A stretch of 64,000 nt of DNA from an uncultured Gemmatimonadales bacterium (GTDB lineage Bacteria > Gemmatimonadota > Gemmatimonadetes > Longimicrobiales > RSA9): the NCBI GenBank assembly GCA_963708135.1, contig OY970192.1, positions 768,001 through 832,000 on the forward strand, in the 5' to 3' direction. Positions 1 to 10,782 of this stretch are shown piece by piece. Both the position numbers and the translations under genes were made by a program. Within the stretch, counting starts at the first letter, position 1, and each line of letters opens with the position of its first letter. Under the pieces are notes generated by a model, which did no database searches, was not told the origin of the DNA, and saw only the letters and a program-made list of their open reading frames with translations.

Positions 1-1823
1 GCCGGGTCGAGGTTCACGACCACGAGGACGAGGTTGCCGGGGCCGCTCTCGTCCTCCCGCCGTGCCTGCTTGCTGTAGGCGATGAGCTGGTCGTTGTCCA
101 CGCGGTGGAAGCGGAGCGAGCGGTCGGCCTGGAGCGCGGGATTCTCGCGCCGGATGACGTTCACGCGCGCGATGAGCTCCTGCAGGCCGTCGGGCCGGTC
201 GAGCTCCCAGTCGCGGAGCTGGTACTTCTCCGAGTGCAGGTACTCCTCGCTGCCGGGGCGGAGCGGCTCATGCTCCATGAGCTCGAACGTGGGGCCGTAG
301 ATGCCGTAATTCGCCCCCAGTGTGGCGGCCAGGATGAAGCGGGCGGCGAAGGTGGCGCGGTCCCCGGTCTGCAGCGCGGCCGTCAGGATGTCGGGCGTGT
401 TGGGCCACAGGTTGGGCCGGAAGAAGTCGGCCACGGGCGGCGTGGTCAGCTCGGTGAAGTACTGCTCGAGCTCCCACTTCTCGTTGCGCCAGGCGAAGTA
501 CGTGTAGGACTGTGTGAAGCCGAGCTTGGCCAGGCGGTACATGACCTTCGGCCGGGTGAACGCCTCGGACAGGAAGATGAGGCCCGGGTCGCGCTCCTTC
601 AGCTCGGGCAGCAGCCAGGCCCAGAAGGGGAACGCCTTGGTGTGCGGGTTGTCCACGCGGAAGATGCGCACGCCCTGGTCCATCCAGAACTCGAAGACGC
701 CGCGGAGCGCCTCCCAGAGCCCGCGCCAGTCCTCGGACTCGAAGTCGAAGGGGTAGATGTCCTGGTACTTCTTGGGCGGGTTCTCTGCGTACTGGATGGT
801 GCCGTCGGCGCGGCTCCTGAACCACTCGGGGTGCTCGTGGACCCAGGGGTGGTCGGGCGCGGCCTGGAAGGCGATGTCGAGCGCGACCTCGAGGCCGTGC
901 CTCGCCGCCTCGCCCAGCAGGTGGCGGAACTCCTCCAGCGTGCCGAGCGCCGGGTGCAGCGCCGTGTGGCCGCCCTCCTCGGCGCCGATCGCCCAGGGGC
1001 TGCCCACATCCCCCTGCACCGCCTCGACGCTGTTGTTCTTGCCCTTGCGGTAGCTCCGGCCGATCGGGTGGACGGGCGGCAGGTAGAGAATGTCGAAGCC
1101 CATGCCGGCCACGTACGGCAGGCGCGCCTCCACGTCCCGGAGGCTGCCGTGCTCCCCCGGGGAAGGCGACGCCGAGCGCGGAAACATCTCGTACCACGCG
1201 CCGCACCGGGCGCGCTCCCGGTCCACCCACACGCGCAGCACGCGGCCGTAGCGGCAGGCGCGGGCGCGGTCGGGGTGGGCGTCCATCAGGCCGAGGAGCC
1301 GCGTCTCCATGGCCGCGCGGGCGCGCGGCTCCTGTGCCCCGGCGGCGCGCAGCCGCCCGGCGTAGGCGCTTAGCGCGGCGGCGTCCTCGGCACTCGCGGC
1401 GGCGGCGCGGGAGGCGGCGGCGTCCACGAGGGCGGCGCCTCCGAGCAGCTCGACGGAGATGTCCTGCGCGGCATCGAGCTTCTTCTCGAGGTCGTGGCGC
1501 CAGGAGCCGAAGCGGTCGATCCAGCCCTCGACGGTGTACTCGTGCAGCCCGAGCGCCTCCACGGGGAAGGAGGCGCGCCAGCGGTCGTTCGGGAGCGGCT
1601 CCATTGGCGTCTCGCACCACTCTGCGGCGCCGGGCCCGCGGTGCAGCAGCACCGCGGAGACCGCATCGTGGCCGTCGGTGAAGGCGTCCGCCTCCACGAC
1701 GACGCGATCGCCCTCCGTGCGCTTGATCGGGAACCGGCCGCAGTCGACCTCCGGCGCCACCCCCTCGATCACGACCCTGCGTCGGCCGTCCTCCCCGCCC
1801 GTCGGCTGCTTGGTTTCCCGCAC
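1..1823 (-). CDS. glgE: alpha-1,4-glucan:maltose-1-phosphate maltosyltransferase (3' end outside window)
   Basis: Manual minus-strand translation gives RVVIEGVAPEVDCGRFPIKR..ADAFTDGHD, WYEMFPRS, LYLPPVHPIG, YAENPPKKYQDIYP, FRVDNPHTK. GTG start at 1823 follows GAGGAG. Confidence 0.9.
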   Translation of the reverse strand, partial: MRETKQPTGGEDGRRRVVIEGVAPEVDCGRFPIKRTEGDRVVVEADAFTDGHDAVSAVLLHRGPGAAEWCETPMEPLPNDRWRASFPVEALGLHEYTVEGWIDRFGSWRHDLEKKLDAAQDISVELLGGAALVDAAASRAAAASAEDAAALSAYAGRLRAAGAQEPRARAAMETRLLGLMDAHPDRARACRYGRVLRVWVDRERARCGAWYEMFPRSASPSPGEHGSLRDVEARLPYVAGMGFDILYLPPVHPIGRSYRKGKNNSVEAVQGDVGSPWAIGAEEGGHTALHPALGTLEEFRHLLGEAARHGLEVALDIAFQAAPDHPWVHEHPEWFRSRADGTIQYAENPPKKYQDIYPFDFESEDWRGLWEALRGVFEFWMDQGVRIFRVDNPHTKAFPFWAWLLPELKERDPGLIFLSEAFTRPKVMYRLAKLGFTQSYTYFAWRNEKWELEQYFTELTTPPVADFFRPNLWPNTPDILTAALQTGDRATFAARFILAATLGANYGIYGPTFELMEHEPLRPGSEEYLHSEKYQLRDWELDRPDGLQELIARVNVIRRENPALQADRSLRFHRVDNDQLIAYSKQARREDESGPGNLVLVVVNLDP

Positions 1824-2111
1824 GCTCCTCCCTCGGCTGGTGGTGTTCCAGGTGACTCATCCAGGGCGTCCGCCGGAGGGCGCCGGCATGCAAGAATCCA
1901 TCCTCCGCCCGCCCCCGCGAGGCGCTCGCCGCACCGCCCGCGCGGGGCGGCGGCGGGCCGGGATGCGCCCGTCGAGCCAACGTTCCGACACCGTAAACTG
2001 TACTCTTCCTTCTGGAAGAACAAATCGGGGCCCCCGCGGGTTCTACGGGGGCCCATCGGCCGTGGTCGCGAGTGGCCCGGCCGGCCCGGTTCCCCCCGAA
2101 GCCCCGGATCG

Positions 2112-3560
2112 ATGCCGAACGCAGCGCGGAACGTACTGGCCCTGGTGCTGGCTCTCCCCACGGCGGCGGCGGCGCAGAAGCCGCCGGCGGACACGCTGCC
2201 CCTGACGCTGGAGTCGGCGGTGGTGCGCGCGCTCAGGGCGGGCGACGAGGCGCGGCTGGCGGGCGCGCAGGTGGACCTGGCGGGGGCGCAGATGGCGGCG
2301 GCGCGCTCTCAGGTGCTGCCGCAGCTGCGGATGAGCGGCGCCTACAACCACGTCGTCGAGAGCGCGCGTGGGCAGGCAGTGGGCTCGATCTTCAACCAGC
2401 CGAACACGTACAACTCCTACGTGAACCTGTCGCAGCCGATCTTCCAGGGCGGGCGCGCGATCGCCGGGTGGAAGGCGGGCTCGAAGCTGCTGCACGCGGC
2501 GGAGCTGAGCAGCCGGGAGACGGCGGCGGACGTCGCGATGAGCGTGGTGCAGGCCTACCTGCAGGCGGGGCTCGCGGAGCAGCTGCTGGCCATCCAGGAC
2601 ACGAACTACACGCTGGCGTCGGCGCGCGTGAAGCAGGTCGAGGCGTTCGAGAAGGCGGGACGCGCGGCGCACTACGACGTGTTGCGCGCGCGGGTGGAGC
2701 AGGCCAACATCGAGCCGTTGCTGATCCAGTCGCGCAGCGACCGGGACCTGGCGCTGCTCGAGCTCGAGCGGCTGCTCAACCTGCCGGCGGGGACGCCGCT
2801 CGCGCTGACGACCACGGTCGATCCCGACGACGTGGCGGCGCTGGCGGCGCGGATTTCGGACGAGGGCGGGCAGGGGCAGGAGCGGTCGGCACTCAAGGCC
2901 GCGGAGCTGACGGCGCGGGCGAAGCACGACGCGATCGGCGTGGCGCGGGCGGATCTGCTGCCGACGATCTCGGTCTTCTTCCAGACCGGGTACCAGGCCT
3001 ACCCGCTCGGCTACACCTTCCCGACCGCGCGCGGACAGCTGGCCGTGGTGGACTGCCCGGATGGCTCGACGCCCGGCCGGGTATGCACGCAGCAGAACGG
3101 CGGCTGGTTCAGCGACCGGTCGTTCGGCCTGCAGATGAGCTGGCCGCTGTTCGATGGGCTGCACACGAAGGCGAACATCGACGTGGCACAGGCGGAGGCG
3201 AGGATCGCCGACCTCCAGCTCGCGCAGGAGCGCGAGAGCGTCGCCCTCCAGGTGGCGCAGGCGCGCGCGGAGTTCGAGCGCGCGCAGTCGCTCTTCGCGG
3301 CCCGGCGCGAGAACGCGGACGAGGCGCTGGAGGCGTTCCGGCTGGCCTCGCTGCGCTACCAGCGCGGGCTCAGCACGCAGCTCGAGGTCTCGGACGCGCA
3401 GGTGGCGCTCATGACCGCGCGCACCAACGCGGCGCAGGCCACGCACGACCTGTATCTGGCGGCGGCGGGCGTGGCCCGCGCGCTGGGCCGGCCGATCCCG
3501 CTTCCGGACGGCAGCCCGCTTCCCACGGAACTCGAACCGAGGTCGAACGGCGGTGAATAG
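2112..3560 (+). CDS. TolC-family outer membrane efflux protein
   Basis: Signal peptide and two helical repeats, with RYQRGLSTQLEVSDAQ; first gene of the pump operon. Confidence 0.85.
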   Translation: MPNAARNVLALVLALPTAAAAQKPPADTLPLTLESAVVRALRAGDEARLAGAQVDLAGAQMAAARSQVLPQLRMSGAYNHVVESARGQAVGSIFNQPNTYNSYVNLSQPIFQGGRAIAGWKAGSKLLHAAELSSRETAADVAMSVVQAYLQAGLAEQLLAIQDTNYTLASARVKQVEAFEKAGRAAHYDVLRARVEQANIEPLLIQSRSDRDLALLELERLLNLPAGTPLALTTTVDPDDVAALAARISDEGGQGQERSALKAAELTARAKHDAIGVARADLLPTISVFFQTGYQAYPLGYTFPTARGQLAVVDCPDGSTPGRVCTQQNGGWFSDRSFGLQMSWPLFDGLHTKANIDVAQAEARIADLQLAQERESVALQVAQARAEFERAQSLFAARRENADEALEAFRLASLRYQRGLSTQLEVSDAQVALMTARTNAAQATHDLYLAAAGVARALGRPIPLPDGSPLPTELEPRSNGGE

Positions 3561-4929
3561 AACACGCACCCTGGCGGCAGGCGCCGCCCTCTCGCTGGTC
3601 TGGCTGGCGGCGGCGTGCTCGGGCGGAGCCGACGGCGCGCCGGCGGCGGGGGGCCCCGGCGGCGCGCCGGCGGCCGGCGCGGCGGGGCCCGGCGGCGCGG
3701 CCTCGAGCCCGATGGTGACGCTGGCGTCCACGGACGTGCTGACGCTGCACCCGATGGCGCTCTCGGAGTCCACCCCGGTGACGGGGAACCTCGTGCCGGT
3801 GGACCAGGCGGAGCTGCGGGCGCGGCTGGAAGGCGACCTGGTGGCGGTGGGCGTGCGCGAGGGCCAGCACGTGCGCGCGGGCGAGGTGCTCGCGCGCTTC
3901 GAGGACAGCGCGCAGCAGAGCGCGCTGCGGAGCGCCGAGGCGGGCGTGGCCGCGGCGCGCACCGACGTCTCCACGGCGCAGTGGACGCTGGATCAGACGA
4001 AGAGCCTCTACGAGCAGGGCGCGGTGGCCGAGCAGGACCTGCGCGGCGCGGAGCAGCAGGCGGCGGCGGCGCGCGCGCGGCTGGCCGCGGCGGTCGCGGC
4101 GCAGCGCGCGGCCGAGCTCACGGCCCGCGACACGCGCGTGACGGCGCCATTCGACGGCGTGATCGACAAGCGCGACGTGAACGCGGGCGAGCACGTGGCG
4201 CGTGGTGGCGCGCTGTTCACGATCGTGCGCAACCAGGTGCTCGAGCTGACGGCGTCCGTGCCCGCGCGGCGGGCGCAGGGGGTCGAGCCGGGGCAGCAGG
4301 TGCAGTTCACGGCCGACGCGGCGGCCTTCCAGGGGCACGTGGCGCGGGTGAGTCCGACCATCGACCCGACGACGCGCTCCGTCACGGTGTACGTGGAGGT
4401 GCCGAACCCGGACGGCCGGATCAAGGGCGGCACGTTCGCCACGGGGCGAATCGTGCGACGGGTGATCCAGGGTGCGCTGGCGGTGCCGACCTCCGCCGTG
4501 CACCAGGCGCCGGGGACGGGGCAGACGTTCGTGTACCGGGTGGCGGGCGAGGTGCTGGACGAGACCCCCATCACGCTGGGCGCGGTGGACGAGGCGCAGG
4601 AGATGGTGCAGGTGGCGGCGGGACTGCACGACGGCGACCAGGTGGTGATCGGCAACGTGGGCATGCTGGGCAAGGGCATGCGGGTGCAGGTGCTCGGCAC
4701 CGAGAGCCGGACGGGCATGGGCGCCGGCAACGCCCCGGCGCCCGCGGCGGATGATCCGCCGGCTCCGGCGGGCGCGAATGCGGCGGGGGCCGGCGCCGGG
4801 CGGCCGCGCTCCGCGGCGGGAGGGAGCGCGCCGGCGGGGGCGGGCAAGAAGGCGGCCGGCACGTCGGCGGCGGGCGGCGCGCCGCGCCCGGCCAGCGGGC
4901 CGGGCCACCTGGCTCCGGAAAGGAACTGA
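3553..4929 (+). CDS. RND efflux periplasmic adaptor (MFP), lipoprotein
   Basis: LAAAC lipobox-like, APFDGVI, SPTIDPTTRS; Ala/Pro/Gly-rich tail. Confidence 0.88.
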   Translation: MNRTRTLAAGAALSLVWLAAACSGGADGAPAAGGPGGAPAAGAAGPGGAASSPMVTLASTDVLTLHPMALSESTPVTGNLVPVDQAELRARLEGDLVAVGVREGQHVRAGEVLARFEDSAQQSALRSAEAGVAAARTDVSTAQWTLDQTKSLYEQGAVAEQDLRGAEQQAAAARARLAAAVAAQRAAELTARDTRVTAPFDGVIDKRDVNAGEHVARGGALFTIVRNQVLELTASVPARRAQGVEPGQQVQFTADAAAFQGHVARVSPTIDPTTRSVTVYVEVPNPDGRIKGGTFATGRIVRRVIQGALAVPTSAVHQAPGTGQTFVYRVAGEVLDETPITLGAVDEAQEMVQVAAGLHDGDQVVIGNVGMLGKGMRVQVLGTESRTGMGAGNAPAPAADDPPAPAGANAAGAGAGRPRSAAGGSAPAGAGKKAAGTSAAGGAPRPASGPGHLAPERN

Positions 4930-4932
4930 GCG

Positions 4933-7900
4933 ATGTTCCTCTCGGACGTCTCCATCAAGCGGCCGGTCTTCGCGACCATGATGATGCTGGCGCTGGTGGT
5001 GCTCGGCGTGGTGGCGTACAACCGGCTCGGGATCGACGAGTACCCGGACGTGACCTACCCGGTGGTGATCGTGCAGACCACGTATCCGGGAGCGTCGGCG
5101 GAGGTGATGGAGCGCGACGTCTCGCGCCCGGTCGAGGAGGCGCTGAACACGGTCCAGGGGGTGAAGGAGCTGACCTCGACGTCCATGGAGGGCAGCTCGA
5201 TGGTGCGGCTGCAGCTCAACCTGGGCGTGGACGTGAACACGGCGCAGCAGGACGTTCAGGCCAAGGTGGCGGCGATCCGGCGGGGGCTGCCCAAGGACAT
5301 CGACGAGCCGATCGTGCGCCACTTCGACCCGAACGACCGGCCGATCGTGTCGGTGGCGGTGGAGAGCGGGGAGCGCCCGATCCGCGATCTGACCGACCTG
5401 GCCAACGAGGTGATCGCGCCGCGGCTCGAGGCGGTCGAGGGCGTGGGCGAGGTGAACGTGGTGGGCGGGCAGGCGCGCCAGATCCGGGTGCAGCTCGACC
5501 CATCCGCGATGCGCGCCTACGGCGTCACGGTGCCGGAGGTCGTGGGCGCGCTGCAGCGGGAGAACCAGGAAGTGCCGGCGGGGCGGGTCGAGCGCGGCGA
5601 GTCGGAGCGGCTGGTGCGCGTGACCGGGCGGGTCACGGACCCGCGCGCGTTCGCGAAGATCGTGGTGGGCGCGCGCAACGGCGTGCCGATCCGGATCGGC
5701 GACCTGGCCACGGTCGTGGATGGGGCGCAGGACCAGCGCAGCGCGGCGCTCATGAACGGGACGCCGGCCGTCTCGCTGGACATCCTGAAGGTCTCGGGCG
5801 CCAACACCGTGGCGGTGGCGGACTCGCTCAAGGCGGCGGTGGCGAACGTGCAGGAGCAGCTTCCGCAGGACGTGCGGCTGTCGGTGATCCGGGACGACTC
5901 CGAAAGCATCCGCGAGTCGGTGGCGGACGTGAAGCTGACGATCCTGCTGGGCGCGATCCTGACGATCGCGGTGATCTACCTGTTCCTGAACTCGTGGCGC
6001 TCCACGGTCATCACGGGGCTCACGCTGCCGGTGAGCATCATCTCGGCGTTCTTCATCATGTGGGTGTTCCATTTCACCGTGAACACCATGACGCTGATGG
6101 CGCTCTCGCTGGCGATCGGGCTCCTGATCGACGACGCGATCGTGGTCCGCGAGAACATCGTCCGGCACGTGGAGATGGGGAAGGACCACTACCGCGCGGC
6201 CAAGGAGGGGACCAGCGAGATCGGCCTCGCCGTGCTGTCCACCTCGCTGGCCGTGGTGGCGGTGTTCCTGCCCGTGGCGTTCATGGGCGGGATGATCGGC
6301 AAGATCTTCATGCAGTTCGGCGTGACGGTGGCGTTCGCGGTGCTGGTCTCGCTGTTCGTCTCCTTCACGCTGGACCCGATGCTGTCGAGCGTGTGGCCGG
6401 ACCCCGACATCGAGCACGGCGGCGCGCGCCGGGATGGGCGGCGGCTGGGCCCGGTACGCCGCTTCACGCGCGCCTTCAACGACCGCTTCGAGGCGGTGGC
6501 GGACCGCTATCCGTCGTGGCTGGAGTGGGCGCTGAGGCACCGGTGGAAGGTGATCGGCGGCGCGGTGGCATTGGTCGTCCTGGCCTTCATCATCATCCCG
6601 CGGCTGGGGTTCACGTGGATGCCGGAAGCGGACTCGGACTCCTTCGACGTGAGCTTCAAGACGCAGCCGGGCTCGAACCTCGACTACTCGGTGGAGAAGG
6701 GGCGGGAGATCGCGCAGTTCCTGCGCGAGCAGCCGGACGTCAGCTTCACCTACCTGTCGGTGGGCGGCGGCTTCCGCGGCACCGTGAACGGCGGCCGCGT
6801 GATGGTGAAGCTGAAGCCCAAGGCCGAGCGCAAGCTCACGGTCTTCCAGATCGAGGACGAGCTGCGCGGCAAGCTCCGGCTGCTGCCGGGCGTGCGCCCG
6901 ACGATCACGCCCGAGCACAGCATCTTCGGTGGCTACCACCAGCCGATCGTCGTCAACGTGCAGGGCCCGGAGGCCACGCGGCTCAAGATCGCCGCGGACC
7001 AGGTGCTGGCGGCGATGAAGCGGATCCCCGGCGTCGCGGAGCCGAACTCGAGCAACGACGGCCAGGTCCCGGAGCTGGATGTGAACGTGGATCGCAACCA
7101 GGCATGGGCCGCCGGCGTCAGCATCGAAGGGATCGCGACCACGCTGCAGCCGCTCTTCGCGGGCCAGCGGGCCACGCAGTGGGAGGACCCGCTCGGCTAC
7201 TCGCACGACGTGCTCGTGGTCTACCCGGACTCCATGCGCACCTCGCCGACCGACGTCTCCGACATCCCCGTGCCGACGGCGACGACGACCGCGTCCGGCG
7301 CGACCGCAACCGTGCCGCTCTCGCAGGTGGCCGACATCCGCGCCGGACTCGGGCCGCAGACGATCGAGCGGCGAGCGCTCGAGCTGCAGACCTCCATCTC
7401 GGCGGGCGTGCTCCCCGGCTACACGGTCAGCGACGTGGTGAACTCCGTGAAGGCGGCCATCGACTCGATCGGCCTGCCGCCCGGCTATCACACCGTGTTC
7501 ACCGGCGACGCGCAGAACATCGAGGAGACCAAGGGCTACGTGGCCGAAGCGCTGGTCCTCGCGGTGGTGTTCATCTACCTGATCCTGGCCTCGCTCTTCG
7601 GCTCCTTCGTCCAGCCCGTGGCCATCATGCTGGCGCTGCCGCTGAGCCTGATCGGCGTTGCGCTCGCGCTGCTCGTGACGCACGGCAACCTCAACGTGAT
7701 GAGCATGATCGGCGTCATCATGCTCATGGGGCTGGTCACCAAGAACGGCATCCTGCTCGTGGACTTCACCAACCAGGAGCGCGCGCGCGGGCTCGACCGC
7801 ACCGCCGCCCTGCTCGCCGCCGGCCGCATCCGCCTGCGCCCGATCATCATGACCACCATGTCCATGATCTTCGGCATGATGCCGCTGGCCTTCGCCATCG

Positions 7901-8109
7901 GCCAGGGCGCCGAGCAGCGCGCGCCCATGGCCCGCGCGGTCATCGGGGGACTGCTCACCTCAACCCTGCTGACGCTGTTCGTCGTGCCCGTCGTCTACAC
8001 GCTGCTCGACGACCTCGGCGCACTCACCGCGCGCGCCCGCAGGGCGGCGCCGGCGGGCGCGCCGGATGGCGTGCCGCACACGGTGCCGCAGACCGTGCCG
8101 GGCGACTGA
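4933..8109 (+). CDS. RND efflux permease (AcrB/AcrD/AcrF family)
   Basis: SIKRPVFA, GLLIDDAIVVRENI, KNGILLVDF, RLRPIIMT; 1058 aa. Confidence 0.95.
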   Translation: MFLSDVSIKRPVFATMMMLALVVLGVVAYNRLGIDEYPDVTYPVVIVQTTYPGASAEVMERDVSRPVEEALNTVQGVKELTSTSMEGSSMVRLQLNLGVDVNTAQQDVQAKVAAIRRGLPKDIDEPIVRHFDPNDRPIVSVAVESGERPIRDLTDLANEVIAPRLEAVEGVGEVNVVGGQARQIRVQLDPSAMRAYGVTVPEVVGALQRENQEVPAGRVERGESERLVRVTGRVTDPRAFAKIVVGARNGVPIRIGDLATVVDGAQDQRSAALMNGTPAVSLDILKVSGANTVAVADSLKAAVANVQEQLPQDVRLSVIRDDSESIRESVADVKLTILLGAILTIAVIYLFLNSWRSTVITGLTLPVSIISAFFIMWVFHFTVNTMTLMALSLAIGLLIDDAIVVRENIVRHVEMGKDHYRAAKEGTSEIGLAVLSTSLAVVAVFLPVAFMGGMIGKIFMQFGVTVAFAVLVSLFVSFTLDPMLSSVWPDPDIEHGGARRDGRRLGPVRRFTRAFNDRFEAVADRYPSWLEWALRHRWKVIGGAVALVVLAFIIIPRLGFTWMPEADSDSFDVSFKTQPGSNLDYSVEKGREIAQFLREQPDVSFTYLSVGGGFRGTVNGGRVMVKLKPKAERKLTVFQIEDELRGKLRLLPGVRPTITPEHSIFGGYHQPIVVNVQGPEATRLKIAADQVLAAMKRIPGVAEPNSSNDGQVPELDVNVDRNQAWAAGVSIEGIATTLQPLFAGQRATQWEDPLGYSHDVLVVYPDSMRTSPTDVSDIPVPTATTTASGATATVPLSQVADIRAGLGPQTIERRALELQTSISAGVLPGYTVSDVVNSVKAAIDSIGLPPGYHTVFTGDAQNIEETKGYVAEALVLAVVFIYLILASLFGSFVQPVAIMLALPLSLIGVALALLVTHGNLNVMSMIGVIMLMGLVTKNGILLVDFTNQERARGLDRTAALLAAGRIRLRPIIMTTMSMIFGMMPLAFAIGQGAEQRAPMARAVIGGLLTSTLLTLFVVPVVYTLLDDLGALTARARRAAPAGAPDGVPHTVPQTVPGD

Positions 8110-8268
8110 GCGGCCGCGGCGCGGCCCGCCCCGGCGGGCCAGCGGCGCGAAATTGCGGCCTTGTGTCCGGTTCTTGCATGAGCGCCCGGATTCGGCTGCC
8201 GCGCGGCGGACGGGATCGTGCGCGGCCATGCAGCAACAACGCGAACCGCAGCACTTGGAGGAACCGAC

Positions 8269-8478
8269 ATGCGTAGCTCCAAGCTTCTCGCCCTGCTGGC
8301 CGTTGCCGCGTTCGCCACCGCCTGCGGCGGGGGCAACAACGCAGACAACCAGATGAACGCGGATACGACGACGATGCCGGCCGCCGCGCCGGCGCCGGCG
8401 GACACGGGAATGATGCCCGCGTCCACGGACACGATGGGCATGGACACGACCATGACGACCACGTCGTCGATGGACTAG
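8269..8478 (+). CDS. small lipoprotein
   Basis: GGAGG RBS, FATAC lipobox, Thr/Met/Asp-rich body. Confidence 0.65.
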   Translation: MRSSKLLALLAVAAFATACGGGNNADNQMNADTTTMPAAAPAPADTGMMPASTDTMGMDTTMTTTSSMD

Positions 8479-8593
8479 TCCGGAGTACGGTCCACCAGCC
8501 CTGGGCGGTTGTGGAGAACGGCGCCGCGCGCGGTCCGAGGACCGGGCGCGGCGCCTTTGCGATGGGTGCCGAGGTGTGCCGCGCGGCGCGGCC

Positions 8594-9532
8594 TTAGCCC
8601 TCCATCGCCCGCGCGGGCCGCGGCGCCGGCTCGGCGGACTCGCCGGTGTAGCCGCCGGCCACGCCGCCGACGACGAGAGCGAGGCCGACCCAGCCGCCGG
8701 GGGTGAGCGCCTGGCCGAAGAGGGCGAGGGCCAGGAGCGTGCCGACCACGGGCTCGACGCTGGCGGCGACGGCGGCGGGCGCGGCGTCGATGCGTTGCAC
8801 GCCGGCGAAGAAGAAGAAGTTCGCGAGCACCACGGCGCCGAGGCCGAGGGCGCCGATGTAGAGCCAGCCGGCCAGGTCGTGGGCGGGCTCGATGGGATGC
8901 CCGGCCGCGGGGAGCGCGACCGCGAGCAGCGCGACGCCGCCGAGCAGCTCCCAGAAGAGCACCTTCACGGAGCCGTAGCGCGGCACGGCCCAGCGGGCCA
9001 TGAGCGTGCTGCCGGCGTAGCCCGCGGCGGAGAGCAGCCCGCCGATGATGCCGAGCGCGCGGCTCGAGCCGGCGCCCGCGGACTCGGCGCCGGCGGCGCC
9101 GCCGCGTACGGTGAGCGCAACGCCCACCATGACGAGCGCCGCGAGCACGATCCGCTTCGGCGTGAGCGCCTCCCCCAGCAGCGGCCGCGCGAGCAGCGCC
9201 ACGAGCACCGGTGCGGTGTAGAGCAGCGCCACCGCGGGCGCGACCCCGACGCCGGCGATCGCGTACTGGTACGCCACCTCGAAGAGGGCGACGAGCGCGC
9301 CGCCGATCACGCCCACGACCACGAGCCCGCGCCGGTCGATGCGGAAGAGGTCGGACCGGAACGCGCCGTAGCAGAGGAAGCCGAGCACCGCGAGCAGCAC
9401 GCGCCAGAAGCCGACGGAGGTGAGCTGCGCGCCGTCGCTGTAGAGGGCGGTGCTGAGCGGGCCGGTAGTGCCCCAGAGGGCGCCGGCCGCGAGGGCGAAG
9501 AGATAGCCGGTGAGGCGGGGGCGGCGGGACAT
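8594..9532 (-). CDS. EamA/DMT-family transporter
   Basis: About 10 hydrophobic segments; LYTAPVLV and EPVVG motifs. Confidence 0.85.
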   Translation of the reverse strand: MSRRPRLTGYLFALAAGALWGTTGPLSTALYSDGAQLTSVGFWRVLLAVLGFLCYGAFRSDLFRIDRRGLVVVGVIGGALVALFEVAYQYAIAGVGVAPAVALLYTAPVLVALLARPLLGEALTPKRIVLAALVMVGVALTVRGGAAGAESAGAGSSRALGIIGGLLSAAGYAGSTLMARWAVPRYGSVKVLFWELLGGVALLAVALPAAGHPIEPAHDLAGWLYIGALGLGAVVLANFFFFAGVQRIDAAPAAVAASVEPVVGTLLALALFGQALTPGGWVGLALVVGGVAGGYTGESAEPAPRPARAMEG

Positions 9533-9540
9533 GCTCGGGG

Positions 9541-9597
9541 CTCGGGGTTCGGGGGTCCGGGGTCCGGGGTCCGGGGTCCGGGGTCCGGGGTCCGGGC
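9541..9597. repeat. intergenic heptamer tandem repeat (GGGGTCC)n
   Basis: About 6-7 near-perfect copies visible directly. Confidence 0.8.
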
Positions 9598-9798
9598 CGC
9601 TCGCGGATCCGGATGCCGGACCGGGCGAGAAGGATAGTGGCGCGAGCGGGTGCGGGGAAGGGTGGGAAGGGCTCCCGGCGGGCCGGCCGTGTCGAACCCG
9701 GACCCGACGAAACGCACGAGCCCCACGATGGTACTACCGAGGATTGCGCGCGGGGAGGTGCCTGGGCATCTTCGCGCGGACCCTGGACAAGAGACTAC

Positions 9799-10782
9799 AT
9801 GGACGCACTGGAGAGACGAAGCGGTCGGTCGGGCGGCGCACCCGCGGAGGGGGGCGGGCTGGCCGTTCGCTGTCGCGGTCTGGTGAAGCGATACGAGGAC
9901 CTCGTCGCCGTGGATGGGCTCGACCTGGAGGTGCGCGCGGGCGAGGTGTTCGGGATGCTCGGGCCGAACGGCGCGGGGAAGACGACGACGATCGAGATCC
10001 TGGAGGGGCTGCTGGAGCGGGACGCGGGCGAGGTGGAGGTGCTGGGGCTGACGTGGGAGCGGAGCGAGCGGGAGCTCAGGCAGCGGCTGGGGATCCAGCT
10101 GCAGGAGACGCACCTGGCGGAGAAGCTCACGGTCTACGAGACGGTGCGGCTGTTCCGCAGCTTCTTCCGGGCTGGCCGCACACCGGACCAGGTGCTCGAC
10201 GCGGTGCAGCTCCAGGAGAAGCGGAGCACGTGGGTGAGCAAGCTGTCGGGCGGGCAGAAGCAGCGGCTCTCGGTGGCGTGCGCGCTCGTGGGCGAGCCGG
10301 ACCTGCTCTTCCTGGACGAGCCGACGACGGGGCTCGACCCGCAGTCGCGTCGCGCGCTGTGGGAGCTGGTCGAGAACTATCGGGCGGGCGGTGGCACGGT
10401 GCTGCTCACGACGCACTACATGGAGGAGGCGGAGCGGCTGTGCGACCGCGTCGCCATCATGGACCACGGCAGCGTGATCGCGCTGGGCACGCCGCGCGAG
10501 CTGATCGCATCGCTCGAGGCGGAGCACGTGGTGGAGTTCGCGCTGGCGGAGGGTGTCACGCGGCCGACGGCGGAGGAGCTGCTCGCGCTCGCGGGAGTGA
10601 CGGGCGTGGCCGAGCGCAACGGCACCACGGCCCTGACCGTGCGCGAGGTGCACACGGCGGTGCCGGCGCTGCTCGATGCGCTGGAGCGGCGGGGCGCCGC
10701 GCTGGCGGGGCTGTCAACGCATCACGCGACGCTGGAGGACGTGTTCGTCGCCCACACGGGAAGGCAGCTGAGGGATGAGTAG
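9799..10782 (+). CDS. ABC transporter ATP-binding protein
   Basis: GPNGAGKTT, LSGGQKQR, FLDEPT, TTHYMEEA. Confidence 0.92.
   Translation: MDALERRSGRSGGAPAEGGGLAVRCRGLVKRYEDLVAVDGLDLEVRAGEVFGMLGPNGAGKTTTIEILEGLLERDAGEVEVLGLTWERSERELRQRLGIQLQETHLAEKLTVYETVRLFRSFFRAGRTPDQVLDAVQLQEKRSTWVSKLSGGQKQRLSVACALVGEPDLLFLDEPTTGLDPQSRRALWELVENYRAGGGTVLLTTHYMEEAERLCDRVAIMDHGSVIALGTPRELIASLEAEHVVEFALAEGVTRPTAEELLALAGVTGVAERNGTTALTVREVHTAVPALLDALERRGAALAGLSTHHATLEDVFVAHTGRQLRDE

Noticed and set aside
3409..7683. 1424-aa antisense ORF and many similar shadow ORFs across the window
   Set aside because: Antisense or alternative frames of real genes in high-GC DNA; no motifs.
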